Shown piece after piece: positions 7,148 to 16,451 of a stretch of DNA of 64,000 bases (position 1 is the stretch's first letter; every line of letters starts with the position of its first letter). The notes below the pieces were generated by a model. It had not been told where the DNA came from. It saw only the letters and a program-made list of their open reading frames with translations, and did not search any database. The translations under genes were made by a program, and so were the position numbers. The stretch is taken from the IMG/VR virus record IMGVR_UViG_3300048861_000178, positions 160,001 through 224,000 of that record; one strand, given 5' to 3'. The DNA is from a virus. Lineage: Duplodnaviria; Caudoviricetes.

Positions 7148-10126
7148 ATGATTACCCTCGAACAAGCCCACGAGCACGGACATACCAGTTTTCCGATCGT
7201 CGCGAATCCGGGCGAGGAACAGACGCTCGGTGACTGGATCAAAGCAAACACGTATCTGCGTAAGAGCGTCGTCGCGGACCATGTCGCCGAACGTATCGTC
7301 GCGAGCAAGGTGGCACCCAAGAATATCGCGGCGGTTGTCTATCATTGCTATCGCCCGCAAGCAGAGTCTGATCTCGCCGGTATGTTCATGATTGAAGTGA
7401 AACGTATTGGCAATGACAGTCCAGCTGAAATTCTGGACCACATCACCATACGGACCATGATGGTCGATGGCAAGGAATACATCGTGTTCGGCACGGACTA
7501 CGACATCAAGACGATCGACATGTCGGAGTTCTCGAAAGAGAACGCGGCCACGCTCGACGATCTGCGCATGTGGATGTCGGTGTATCGCGGTGACGGCGAG
7601 CAAGGTGAGGTACTCTTCAGGCAGTTGCGGGACTTCCTGAAATTGCACAACCTCACGCCCCAGCAAGTGGAATTCGTGCGGGGCAATGCACTGCGTCATC
7701 CGCGCGAAGGCCGTGGGGGTCTCATTAAGCTGGACATGCGTCCCAAGAACGTGAACGACATGGTGCTGGCGACCCTGCGTTTCGAAACCAGCTTTCTGGT
7801 CTTTGATCAGCGCCAGATTCTGGAAGCTGAAGGGTTCAGTATCGAGGCGACGCGTCTGTTGTACGAAATGAATACGCCGCCCACACCCACGGACACGGAA
7901 GCACAAACCGAACAACCTGCTCAGGAGGCAGAGATGGTACTCGAAGAAAACAAGGCAACGGTAAACGACACGAAGGCAGACGAGGCTGCTCCCCAACAAC
8001 CCCGGCAAGAAGCGCCGCGCGCTCAGCCGGAACAAAAGAAAGAAGAACCGGCACCTGTGTTGGTTGCGCTCGAAGGTGGCGGGCCGGTACCACTGGAGTA
8101 CGCACTCGAATGGCTGGAAGGCCTCTCGGTGCAGCGTGCTGATCGCGAGTACTTCAAGGAGCTGCTCGAGAAAGTTTGCAAAACGCACGATGTTGAACCG
8201 GAACTGGTCCACTTCGCCTTCGCGCCGGTTAAACATGCAAGCTTGCTCGGTACCAAGAACACCCACTCGGATGAACTCTCGTCGGAACTGGGTCTGGTCG
8301 ACACGGCTGTGCTCGTACCTGTCGTGGGCAAGCCGCTCGGCATGATGCAGCTCGGCAGTTTGCTCACGTTCACCACTACCGCAGAATGGGAAACCCATGT
8401 CCGAATCGGCAGCGAGCCCAAGCAAGTGGAAAAGCTCCTGTATCTGACGGACCCGACGCTGCGCCAGACCCAGTACCTGGCGGTCAATCGTGTCGACTCG
8501 CTGAATTTCGGCGCCAGTGCACTGATGGTGCTCACGAACACGGTCAGCGCGCGTGAAGTCGAGTACATCGAGCGGCTGTGGAATGACATCCAGCGCCGCT
8601 ACACGTTCAACCGGGATCTGGATCGTCGTCTGGCGAGCCAAGTGGTGATCAAGTTCGAACGGATCATCTCGCCGAGCCTGCGCAGTAACCACACGTTGGA
8701 GCGCGGCCACATCAAGGGCTACGTCTATTCGCCGGGTGCGGATTCGAAGCTGTTGTTTGGTTTCGATGTGTACACGGAGCTCGAATCGATCGACCAAGGT
8801 AAACTCTCGGAATGCATCGGTGCGTTCGAAGTCGAGATGCCGAAGATGGGACCGGCGCCTGTCTTCGAACCGCTTTCGGCCCGTACTAAAGCGATGGGTG
8901 GCAAGAGCGTGGATGTGGGGTCGGCCGCCAATCCGATTCCGGACACGGAAGCTCCGAAGACTGATCCGGCTACGCTGAATTTCGGTGACCGGAAGGAGGC
9001 TCAGGAACTGCGTTACGCGGAAACCCCCTACGGAATCATCGGCTTCACCGAGTTCAAGGTGTGGTTGCATAAGAACTTGGCGGGTGATGTGCAGATCAAC
9101 GTGACCAATACGATGGCGTCCCTCAAGATAACCGAGTCCTGCTTCTTCGAGATGAAGAGCGTCAAACACGCCGCGATTCCGAAAGAGCACAACTGGATCA
9201 CCGGCACGCCGGGCAGGATCGATGTGCGTGCTGTCGGTCCGGACATCTTCGGTCCAGAAGCGAGGTTCACGCTGAAGACCGAGGTACGTCCGACGCATGA
9301 TCCGAAGCAGTATGTCGAACGGGTTACCGAGATCGTGGTCGCATCGAAGTACGAAACGCCGACTTCCAAGAAGTCGATCAAGGCATTCGGCGAATCGGAA
9401 ACCATCCGGCAACCAGTGATCGTGCGCCAGAACTGGAAAGAAGGTCCGAAAGTCGGCGAAGCCCCTGCAGTTAACATGATGCAGGCCGGGGTTTCCTTGC
9501 GCTTCATCGAGCTGTTCCAAGACGTGGTGGGCTTCGAGGAGTTCGGGCACTGGCTCGATAGCAACGTGCACGAGGTGCTTCAGTTCATGGAGAAACGGAT
9601 CACCAAGTATCACTTCTTCGAGATCGTTCGGCAAGAGCGTCCCGTGATGGGAGCACGTGACACGCGCCCGGAGCACGTGAAGCCGGGTGTCTATGTGGTA
9701 CGTGCGTTCGATCCGGCTCGGGCCAATTCGGAAGTGATGTTCCAGTTGCGCAGCGTGGTGGTCGAGAGCACGGACCCGATGGTGTGGCAGGAGCGCATCA
9801 TTCAGATCGCCTTGGCGGGCAGCCCGGAAGTGAAAACGCCTCCGGCACCTCCAGCAGTGCTCGATCAGACCACGCTCATCGACACGAACCTCTGGATCTT
9901 CTTCAACCTCGCGATGGGCGGTATCACCGAGCTGCTCAGCAACGACGACGATAAGGATCGGGTCCGTGACGCAGTCCGGTACATCGACGGCCTGTATCAC
10001 TGCAAGGGCGAGAACACCGAGCGTTACGAGGCGATGTATGATCCGTCTCGGGGTGTGCTCAACATGACGGTCGTGGAAAAGCGCAATAACAAGAAGGTCG
10101 TCGAGATCGAGTTGCAGGTTGTTTAA
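7148..10126 (+). CDS. large hypothetical protein (992 aa) of tandem diverged domains
   Basis: AAGGA SD; recurring L..WL..N-type domain starts separated by Pro/Ala/Glu linkers. Confidence 0.85.
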   Translation: MITLEQAHEHGHTSFPIVANPGEEQTLGDWIKANTYLRKSVVADHVAERIVASKVAPKNIAAVVYHCYRPQAESDLAGMFMIEVKRIGNDSPAEILDHITIRTMMVDGKEYIVFGTDYDIKTIDMSEFSKENAATLDDLRMWMSVYRGDGEQGEVLFRQLRDFLKLHNLTPQQVEFVRGNALRHPREGRGGLIKLDMRPKNVNDMVLATLRFETSFLVFDQRQILEAEGFSIEATRLLYEMNTPPTPTDTEAQTEQPAQEAEMVLEENKATVNDTKADEAAPQQPRQEAPRAQPEQKKEEPAPVLVALEGGGPVPLEYALEWLEGLSVQRADREYFKELLEKVCKTHDVEPELVHFAFAPVKHASLLGTKNTHSDELSSELGLVDTAVLVPVVGKPLGMMQLGSLLTFTTTAEWETHVRIGSEPKQVEKLLYLTDPTLRQTQYLAVNRVDSLNFGASALMVLTNTVSAREVEYIERLWNDIQRRYTFNRDLDRRLASQVVIKFERIISPSLRSNHTLERGHIKGYVYSPGADSKLLFGFDVYTELESIDQGKLSECIGAFEVEMPKMGPAPVFEPLSARTKAMGGKSVDVGSAANPIPDTEAPKTDPATLNFGDRKEAQELRYAETPYGIIGFTEFKVWLHKNLAGDVQINVTNTMASLKITESCFFEMKSVKHAAIPKEHNWITGTPGRIDVRAVGPDIFGPEARFTLKTEVRPTHDPKQYVERVTEIVVASKYETPTSKKSIKAFGESETIRQPVIVRQNWKEGPKVGEAPAVNMMQAGVSLRFIELFQDVVGFEEFGHWLDSNVHEVLQFMEKRITKYHFFEIVRQERPVMGARDTRPEHVKPGVYVVRAFDPARANSEVMFQLRSVVVESTDPMVWQERIIQIALAGSPEVKTPPAPPAVLDQTTLIDTNLWIFFNLAMGGITELLSNDDDKDRVRDAVRYIDGLYHCKGENTERYEAMYDPSRGVLNMTVVEKRNNKKVVEIELQVV

Positions 10127-10184
10127 CGTAGTACGGAGTCCTGTTACCGAACAGGACTCTTTCTTTAACCTCAAGGAGAGTATC

Positions 10185-10589
10185 ATGAGCAACGATACAG
10201 TGAAAGCACTCTTGGCTGGTACCAGTGAAGCGGCAGCACTGACGGGTGGTGGCATCTTAGCCGACAATTTCCGTCGGATGTTGCTCTCACTCCAGGTCGA
10301 CGAGCAGAAGTGGGACGAACTGATGGCGAAGTTCGTGCAGCAGGAAATGCAGCTGGTCGAGAAGCCCGACGAAACCACGCGGGATGCACTGACCGCGAAT
10401 GTGACAAAGGAGCTCACGGCACCCTCGATGACCTGGAAGACGTATCTGATCGGCCTGCGTTTTCTCGGCCTCACTGCGGCTAACATCGTCGTGACGGGCA
10501 CGATCAACGGCAAGGAGCTGGTACCGATCCCGAGCCGGATCGACTGGACCGGCCCGCGCAAGCCCGATGCGGAGGATGCAGGTGTCTAA
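10185..10589 (+). CDS. hypothetical protein, paralog of the next gene
   Basis: AAGGAG SD; LA..FR....L.....KW..LM ... P.M(T/S)WK.Y...L.FL motif. Confidence 0.8.
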   Translation: MSNDTVKALLAGTSEAAALTGGGILADNFRRMLLSLQVDEQKWDELMAKFVQQEMQLVEKPDETTRDALTANVTKELTAPSMTWKTYLIGLRFLGLTAANIVVTGTINGKELVPIPSRIDWTGPRKPDAEDAGV

Positions 10590-10950
10590 AGCGCACGTGA
10601 TTGAGCAGTTGATGGAGAGCCTGGAAGGATCGGCGATGGAGCCGGAGCAGATGCTGGCTACGCAGTTTCGCTCGCTGGTCCGCGGGCTCAGGATGACGCC
10701 CGAGAAATGGGAGCAACTGATGGATGCTCACATGGGTCGGCACGAGCTGAAACACCTGATGGACCCGGATATGGTTAAACTGGAGCGCGGTAATTTTGAA
10801 CGCGCACTGTTGCAACCCACCATGTCGTGGAAGATGTACTGCAAGGCGTTGCAGTTCCTGAACGTCAATCACGCCACCATCTTTACCAACATTATCACGC
10901 ACGACGGCAACGCAGTCGCCACCGTAATGAACTTTGATGTGAAGAAGTAA
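10582..10950 (+). CDS. hypothetical protein, paralog of the previous gene
   Basis: GGAGG SD before GTG 10582 (ATG 10576 is an alternative); same motif pattern. Confidence 0.8.
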   Translation: MSKAHVIEQLMESLEGSAMEPEQMLATQFRSLVRGLRMTPEKWEQLMDAHMGRHELKHLMDPDMVKLERGNFERALLQPTMSWKMYCKALQFLNVNHATIFTNIITHDGNAVATVMNFDVKK

Positions 10951-11023
10951 GCAGTCCCCCCTGCAGTTACCCTGTAGTTAAACAGCGTAGTTAAATATAA
11001 ACTCGTTACAAGGAAACAAGGTC

Positions 11024-12430
11024 ATGAACGCTAAGAAGATCATTCAAAAGAAACCGGCTACCAAGAAGCCTTCGCGTACGTCGGTTGCGGTGAAGCGCAC
11101 GAAGGCGACGAAGGAAGCGAAGCCGCGCGCTACCGTCCAGTTCAGCACGCAAGTGTTGGACCTGCCGATGATCCCGCGCTCGCACCACGAGGCGTTGAAC
11201 TTCATCCATCGCAATGTGATGCCGCCGTTTGGCAAGCTCAGCAAGAACATTGACATCAAGAATACGATGTTCAAGAACGCGCTGGGCGAACACTTCGGCA
11301 AACATCCCGATCCGGACGGCGAAGGCACTTACGTCTTCCAGCGTCGTGGTGATGAAGTGCTGGTCTATCAGATCGTGCCGGGTCGTGCCGATTCCGCTTT
11401 CGTGTTGAAGGTCGATACGGTGCGCCGGGGTCCGAAGACGATCGAGTACTTCGCGGGCGTGCGCGAAGCTGATGCCAAGGAACGCAATCAAGCGATCCAA
11501 GTCGGGCTGGGGGTCGACGCGAAGATGATCGAAGCGACTGCGCCTGCGGAAACTGTCAGCAATGAAAATCTGACGATTCCGAACATCTTCCACAAGCCCT
11601 GGCCGCAAGCCTATGAAGTACTGCGTGCGCACATCACGATTCCGGCGGTGAACGACAAGCTGCTGCAAGCCGTGCGGCAGATGACGGTCCATGTCTGGAG
11701 GCGCGGGACAGAGTCGACAGACGATCTCATGAACCAACTCGACTGCGTGGTGCAAACGCAAGTCGGCATCGCCACGACGGACTCCTCGGCGCAAGGCTCG
11801 GTGGATTTGCAGCTCTTCGTCGGCGCACGCGCTGGTGCGATTCCGGTGGGGGTGGTGCATCTGACGACCAAGCGCAATGCGGGCGGCTACGATGAGATCG
11901 TGGAAGTCATGCCGGAACTGACGGTGTCCGCGCCCTTGGGTGGCGGTCATCCGCAGCGTCGGGGTACGCCGTCGGGGGTGTGGGATAACAGCGGTCGTCA
12001 GCAACCGCTGCGGACGATGCCGCCGATGGTGGGTATCGGTGAACCGCGGGCGGCTTGGGGTGCAGACATGACGGAACCGTTCGGTCGTCCGGACCAGGGC
12101 GGTCTCTCGCCCTACGGTAAGGCACCGGGCCTCTACGGTCAACGTCCGTCGCCGTCCTATCCGGGCGGCTATCCGGAAAAGACCATCTTCACCACCAACT
12201 CGTTGTCGCGCTTCTCGGCGTACATCGGGATGATGATGGAAGACGAGCTGCTGCCGATGGCACGCGCTTCGGCCGATCAGGTCTTGCTGCAACTGAACAC
12301 CAACTTCCGTAACGCGGGAGCCGGTGTGATGAGCTTCGTCGCCGAGTACGCGCCGGGCAAAGCACTGGTGTTCCAAGTGCGTAACGGTTACGGCGAAGTC
12401 ATCTTCGCGCAACCGATCTTCCTGAGCTAA
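11024..12430 (+). CDS. hypothetical protein with Lys-rich N-terminus and Pro/Gly linker
   Basis: 468-aa ORF, AAGG SD, strong codon bias. Confidence 0.85.
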   Translation: MNAKKIIQKKPATKKPSRTSVAVKRTKATKEAKPRATVQFSTQVLDLPMIPRSHHEALNFIHRNVMPPFGKLSKNIDIKNTMFKNALGEHFGKHPDPDGEGTYVFQRRGDEVLVYQIVPGRADSAFVLKVDTVRRGPKTIEYFAGVREADAKERNQAIQVGLGVDAKMIEATAPAETVSNENLTIPNIFHKPWPQAYEVLRAHITIPAVNDKLLQAVRQMTVHVWRRGTESTDDLMNQLDCVVQTQVGIATTDSSAQGSVDLQLFVGARAGAIPVGVVHLTTKRNAGGYDEIVEVMPELTVSAPLGGGHPQRRGTPSGVWDNSGRQQPLRTMPPMVGIGEPRAAWGADMTEPFGRPDQGGLSPYGKAPGLYGQRPSPSYPGGYPEKTIFTTNSLSRFSAYIGMMMEDELLPMARASADQVLLQLNTNFRNAGAGVMSFVAEYAPGKALVFQVRNGYGEVIFAQPIFLS

Positions 12431-12439
12431 ACGGCTCAA

Positions 12440-12494
12440 GAGCATAGACGGGAGAGGCTTCGGCCTCTCCCTATGTCCCGTGCTCTTTTTTTTT
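12440..12494 (+). terminator. Rho-independent terminator
   Basis: GCATAG..GGGAGAGGC-TTCG-GCCTCTCCC-TATG...T9. Confidence 0.8.
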
Positions 12495-12537
12495 GTTGAT
12501 TCGGCTTATTGCATGAACCAACCAAGGAGGAAAGTTC

Positions 12538-12894
12538 ATGTCGACCACGACCACCCCGACACCCATCGTAGTCCCGGAGACCGCCGTGGATCTCGACGGC
12601 CTGCGTACTTGGCTGCTCGCCAACACGCAAACGCAAACCACTGCGTACTCGATCATGGCCTTGATCAAGTACACCTTTAACCTGTACATCAAGATCGTGC
12701 AGGTGCGTCTTACGACGTTGCCTTACCAGAACGACCCCTCGCTCGCTCCCGGCAAGCAGGGACGAATTGACATCCTGATTTCCGACGGCAGCGACCCAGA
12801 CTGTTTGTATCAACACATCGTCCTGGACTGCGCGTTTGACTTCACCAATACGCGTGAGTGGATCGTGACGATCAGTCCACTGACCCCGCAGTAA
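12538..12894 (+). CDS. hypothetical protein, single-domain relative of the 7148..10126 repeats
   Basis: AAGGAGG SD; DLDGLRTWLLAN ... G..GRID motif. Confidence 0.75.
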   Translation: MSTTTTPTPIVVPETAVDLDGLRTWLLANTQTQTTAYSIMALIKYTFNLYIKIVQVRLTTLPYQNDPSLAPGKQGRIDILISDGSDPDCLYQHIVLDCAFDFTNTREWIVTISPLTPQ

Positions 12895-12897
12895 TAG

Positions 12898-12936
12898 CGT
12901 CATAGAGGCCAGGGAAAACCCTGGCCTCGTATGCCG
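12898..12936. terminator. hairpin between convergent genes
   Basis: CGTCATA-GAGGCCAGGG-AAAA-CCCTGGCCTC-GTATGCCG. Confidence 0.7.
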
Positions 12937-12954
12937 TTCTAGCGTCGTTTACGC

Positions 12955-14277
12955 TTAGCCCATGTCGGTTTGCATACCAGCGGCTTGTTGCTGCGCTGCC
13001 AGTTGCGAACCATCGGTAGCCATGCCCATCAATGCCGAACTACCGTTGCGCACGATTTCTTGCAGCGAGGCAGCATCGCCCCCGTGCTGAATGGCCTTTT
13101 GCGCCACCACCATCACGTACTTCATGATGGTCTTGCCCGAGCCAACCACGAACGAGTAGTAGTTGTTGATCAACTGAATCATCGAGACGCACTGATGCAA
13201 CGTCGAAATGATCCGATTGACTTCCTTCATGTAGATCTGCTCGATCCACTCCTCGCCCGCTTTGGCCCCGCCATGGTCGTTCATCATCGGCTCTTGATAC
13301 GCCTTCTGCCGAATCGACTCCATCTTCTTGACCGCTGAGTCGAGGGACTTGAAGACGTCGGTCAGGGCCGAACCCATCTTCTTGTAGCCTGACTGGTCGT
13401 AGATGCGCACGCCGCGCGCCATGATGCCCGAGAGATCGGTACCGAGATGGAAGTTCGGATCGAACTTCAGTTTCCGACGCGCTTCCACAGCCGTCTGGTA
13501 GCTCTCCAGGCGGATCTGCATGAGCTTGGTAGCCATGGAGGTCGCGTGCTCCAGATCGGTCTGAGCGTCCTTCTGGAAGCGTTCCAGCTTGTCCTGAAGC
13601 GCATGGGGATCAGCCCCTACGTTGTCCTGATCAAACTGACGTCCCGCAGGCAGCCACTTCTCATGCCACTTCACCAGCGTCTCGACGACACTCGCCACAT
13701 TGAAGCCATCGAGCGCCGGAATCATGCGCTGCACTGCCTGATGGTACGGACCTTCGTTGTAGATGTCCATCTCTTCCGGCGTGAGCTTGCTCACGAACGC
13801 TTCGTTCAGGCCTTCCTCGCGGACAGCCTGGATGATGGCAGTGCGTGAGCTCGGAACCCGTTCGGCTTTTTGCACCGGCATCACAAAGGACTTGAACTTC
13901 TCGTTCTCGCGAGCGAGCGCTGCTTCGGTCATGGGCTCGCCATTCACAAAGAGCTTTTGCAGCCACTTCCAGACCTTGACGATCATTTCCCACAGCAGGT
14001 CCATCGCCTTCTTCAGCAGGCTCTTGGCTTGCTCGTAGAGGCCTTCCTGAGCCACTTTGAGCTTCTGTTGCTTGCCGAGCGTGCTGTAGTAGGTATTCAC
14101 CAGGCTATTGCTACCGGTGAGGGCCTGATGTTCGAGCGCCACGTCGACTGTCAATTGACCGTCTGCTTGCAGTCGCGTGCCCAATTCACCCAGCTTATCG
14201 AGCGCATCGTTTAAGCGATTGCATTCGACGTCATCACTCAGGGTGACGATCGTCGCTTCTTGATTGACTTCTTCCAC
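12955..14277 (-). CDS. internal head (inner body/ejection) protein, phiKZ paralog-family-like
   Basis: propeptide with ALE and AQE|G followed by amphipathic KKAMDLLWEMIVKVWKWLQKLF helix. Confidence 0.75.
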   Translation of the reverse strand: MEEVNQEATIVTLSDDVECNRLNDALDKLGELGTRLQADGQLTVDVALEHQALTGSNSLVNTYYSTLGKQQKLKVAQEGLYEQAKSLLKKAMDLLWEMIVKVWKWLQKLFVNGEPMTEAALARENEKFKSFVMPVQKAERVPSSRTAIIQAVREEGLNEAFVSKLTPEEMDIYNEGPYHQAVQRMIPALDGFNVASVVETLVKWHEKWLPAGRQFDQDNVGADPHALQDKLERFQKDAQTDLEHATSMATKLMQIRLESYQTAVEARRKLKFDPNFHLGTDLSGIMARGVRIYDQSGYKKMGSALTDVFKSLDSAVKKMESIRQKAYQEPMMNDHGGAKAGEEWIEQIYMKEVNRIISTLHQCVSMIQLINNYYSFVVGSGKTIMKYVMVVAQKAIQHGGDAASLQEIVRNGSSALMGMATDGSQLAAQQQAAGMQTDMG

Positions 14278-14289
14278 GAGGGACTCCTT

Positions 14290-15525
14290 TTACTGATCGA
14301 CTTCAATGCGACGCATCGACTTCTCGACGTAGCTCAACATCACCTTCACCAGGTGATTGCTAAAAGCCGTCGGCAGGAAAGTCGTGTCGTGCTGCATGAT
14401 GAGTTGGCCCCAGGCATACAGACGCGAAGCGAGTGTCTGGTCTTCGCGCGACAGCGACTTGAAGTTGCGATAGCGATACGCGAACTCGTCCAGCGCGTCC
14501 AGATAACGATCGATGATGCGACCATCGAAGGTCATGGAAGCCAGATGCGCTTCGATCTTTTCACAGATGTCGAGCACTTGCTTCATCTGGGCCTTGGTCA
14601 ACGCCGGGAATTCACCCCCGCCGACAGCCTTCATCGACTTCATGCGCTGGATTTCAACAATCCCGCCCGGTGCGTGGTTGTCTTCTTCTTGCGAGATCTC
14701 AAAGACGCACCACTGACCCAGGAAGAACGGCGAATGCTTGTCGATGTACTCCTTGCCCTTGAACTGGACCGGCTTGTTAACCGTGAGCCACTTTTCGGCG
14801 CCTTGCGGACGCGTGACTTCCCACATCTTCTTCAGATTCTCGTTGGCCTTCTTCAGGTCCGTCTCGCCGAGCTTCCAGATCTGGTCCGCCACGAACTTGT
14901 AGCCGTCGAGCCAGGCTTTATCCAGATTGCCCGACCATTGCACGAGCTCGTAGACGCGTTGCAGTTCACGAATCAGTCGCGCCGGGTCGGTGATGTGTTT
15001 GCCGTCGATCGAGAGCCACTTGGCGTACCTGCTGATCGTGACGGTGTCCGCATCGCGGGTGACTTCACCCGCGCGCACTTGCAGCTTGGTGCGCAGGCGC
15101 GCAATCGCTTCGAGGTTCTCTTTGGTGGCTGTGTGGCCATCTTCGAGTTCCTTCTCGCGATGCATGAAGAAGTCCTTGACGTTCTCGAACTTCTTGCTGA
15201 TCCAGCCTTCCTGGGCGATGTTCTGCGCGTTGATCGCATCGTGCTCAGCACTGCCTTCCGACTGCGGCTCAAAGGCGCGACGGTCTTGCTCGATCAGGAC
15301 GACATCATCCAGATCCACCGGACGCGTGTCGATCTTCTCAGTGCCTTCAGTAGCGACGTTTTCCGTATCGGGCACCGGATTCTGACCGGGCTTGGCCATA
15401 CCAGAGAGCGTCGTGGTGTCGCCGTCGATCTGGCCTGCGTCCGGCGCAGGCTTGGCGGTGTCTTCCAGATCTTGGTCTTCGATCGGGCGCGCTTCGAGCG
15501 CGGCGCGCATGTTAAAGGATTTCAT
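14290..15525 (-). CDS. internal head protein with acidic propeptide
   Basis: ALE, ATE and AQE|GW sites in an acidic N-terminus. Confidence 0.7.
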   Translation of the reverse strand: MKSFNMRAALEARPIEDQDLEDTAKPAPDAGQIDGDTTTLSGMAKPGQNPVPDTENVATEGTEKIDTRPVDLDDVVLIEQDRRAFEPQSEGSAEHDAINAQNIAQEGWISKKFENVKDFFMHREKELEDGHTATKENLEAIARLRTKLQVRAGEVTRDADTVTISRYAKWLSIDGKHITDPARLIRELQRVYELVQWSGNLDKAWLDGYKFVADQIWKLGETDLKKANENLKKMWEVTRPQGAEKWLTVNKPVQFKGKEYIDKHSPFFLGQWCVFEISQEEDNHAPGGIVEIQRMKSMKAVGGGEFPALTKAQMKQVLDICEKIEAHLASMTFDGRIIDRYLDALDEFAYRYRNFKSLSREDQTLASRLYAWGQLIMQHDTTFLPTAFSNHLVKVMLSYVEKSMRRIEVDQ

Positions 15526-15587
15526 GTTGGTCCAATGTGAAAAGGATTAACCCTTGACGGCAAGGGATAGGCTGGTTTTCTTATTTC

Positions 15588-16328
15588 TTACCACTGCTGA
15601 TGGGGTGGAGGATCTTTGAATCCCAAGAGGTCGGCCGCTGCGTTCTTGGCGGAGAGGTAGTCGTCCTTGTCGATGGGAGTGACCACATAGCCGCTATCGT
15701 CTTTCCAGCTGGCGACATTTTCCTGCACGGGTCCAACCACGCGGTAGTAGCCGGGATTGAGGAAGTGGGACTTACTAAAACGAAGCCCGTCTTCTTTTGT
15801 AACTTCCACATACAGCTCCATCTCCCCGGCAGGCTTCTTGCCTGAGCGACCGATCAGGCGCAGCGACCGGTAGAACATCTTACCTGCTGCTTGCGGGATG
15901 TACTCGTTGGTTTCCCGTGAGTACGACACCAGCCAGTGCTCGTCGCTTGCTTGCGCGTCGTACACCATGCGTGCATTCGGTTTTAAGGCTGCCTCGAAAG
16001 GGAGCGCGTAAATCTTCCAACCGCCTTTGTAGTTACCGTGTTCGGGTTTACCCGTGGAATGGTACTCGCGAAAGTCATGGTCGGCCTTCGCGTAGCCGAT
16101 CAAGCACCCCAGCAGCGTCGGGGCCACCGTTACGCGCGGGACAGTACGATCCTCGCTATAAGCCTGACGGCGCCCAATTAACGGGATAAACTTCTTGATG
16201 TTCGTGGCCGTAGAAATGTGCAGGCAGAAGTCTTGCTTGACTTCTGTCGGGGTCACAATCGTCACGTTCTTACGAACTTTTTCGGGCACAGTCTCGAGCC
16301 ATTGTGCCAGCTCGTCGGTTTGGCTCAT
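15588..16328 (-). CDS. putative virion protein with ADP-ribosyltransferase-like motifs
   Basis: LHIS...F.P.I...ED.TVPRVTVAPTL.GCL...VYDA..SDEHWL; ORF is clear, the ART call is tentative. Confidence 0.55.
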   Translation of the reverse strand: MSQTDELAQWLETVPEKVRKNVTIVTPTEVKQDFCLHISTATNIKKFIPLIGRRQAYSEDRTVPRVTVAPTLLGCLIGYAKADHDFREYHSTGKPEHGNYKGGWKIYALPFEAALKPNARMVYDAQASDEHWLVSYSRETNEYIPQAAGKMFYRSLRLIGRSGKKPAGEMELYVEVTKEDGLRFSKSHFLNPGYYRVVGPVQENVASWKDDSGYVVTPIDKDDYLSAKNAAADLLGFKDPPPHQQW

Positions 16329-16390
16329 AGTGGGACCAATAAAGGGTTTGAGAGAAGTTCTATAAGATTCAGCACGAGGCGATAAAACTA

Positions 16391-16437
16391 CGGCATAAGA
16401 GGGAGCGAGCCCTCTCGAGCCGCTCCCTCCGCATGCG
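16391..16437 (-). terminator. hairpin of the CATA/TATG family
   Basis: CGGCATAA-GAGGGAGCG...CGCTCCCTC. Confidence 0.55.
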
Positions 16438-16451
16438 TTAACTGCTGAATG

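Noticed and set aside
7112-10561. 1149-aa minus-strand ORF
   Set aside because: Antisense shadow of strongly codon-biased plus-strand genes; no recognisable motifs
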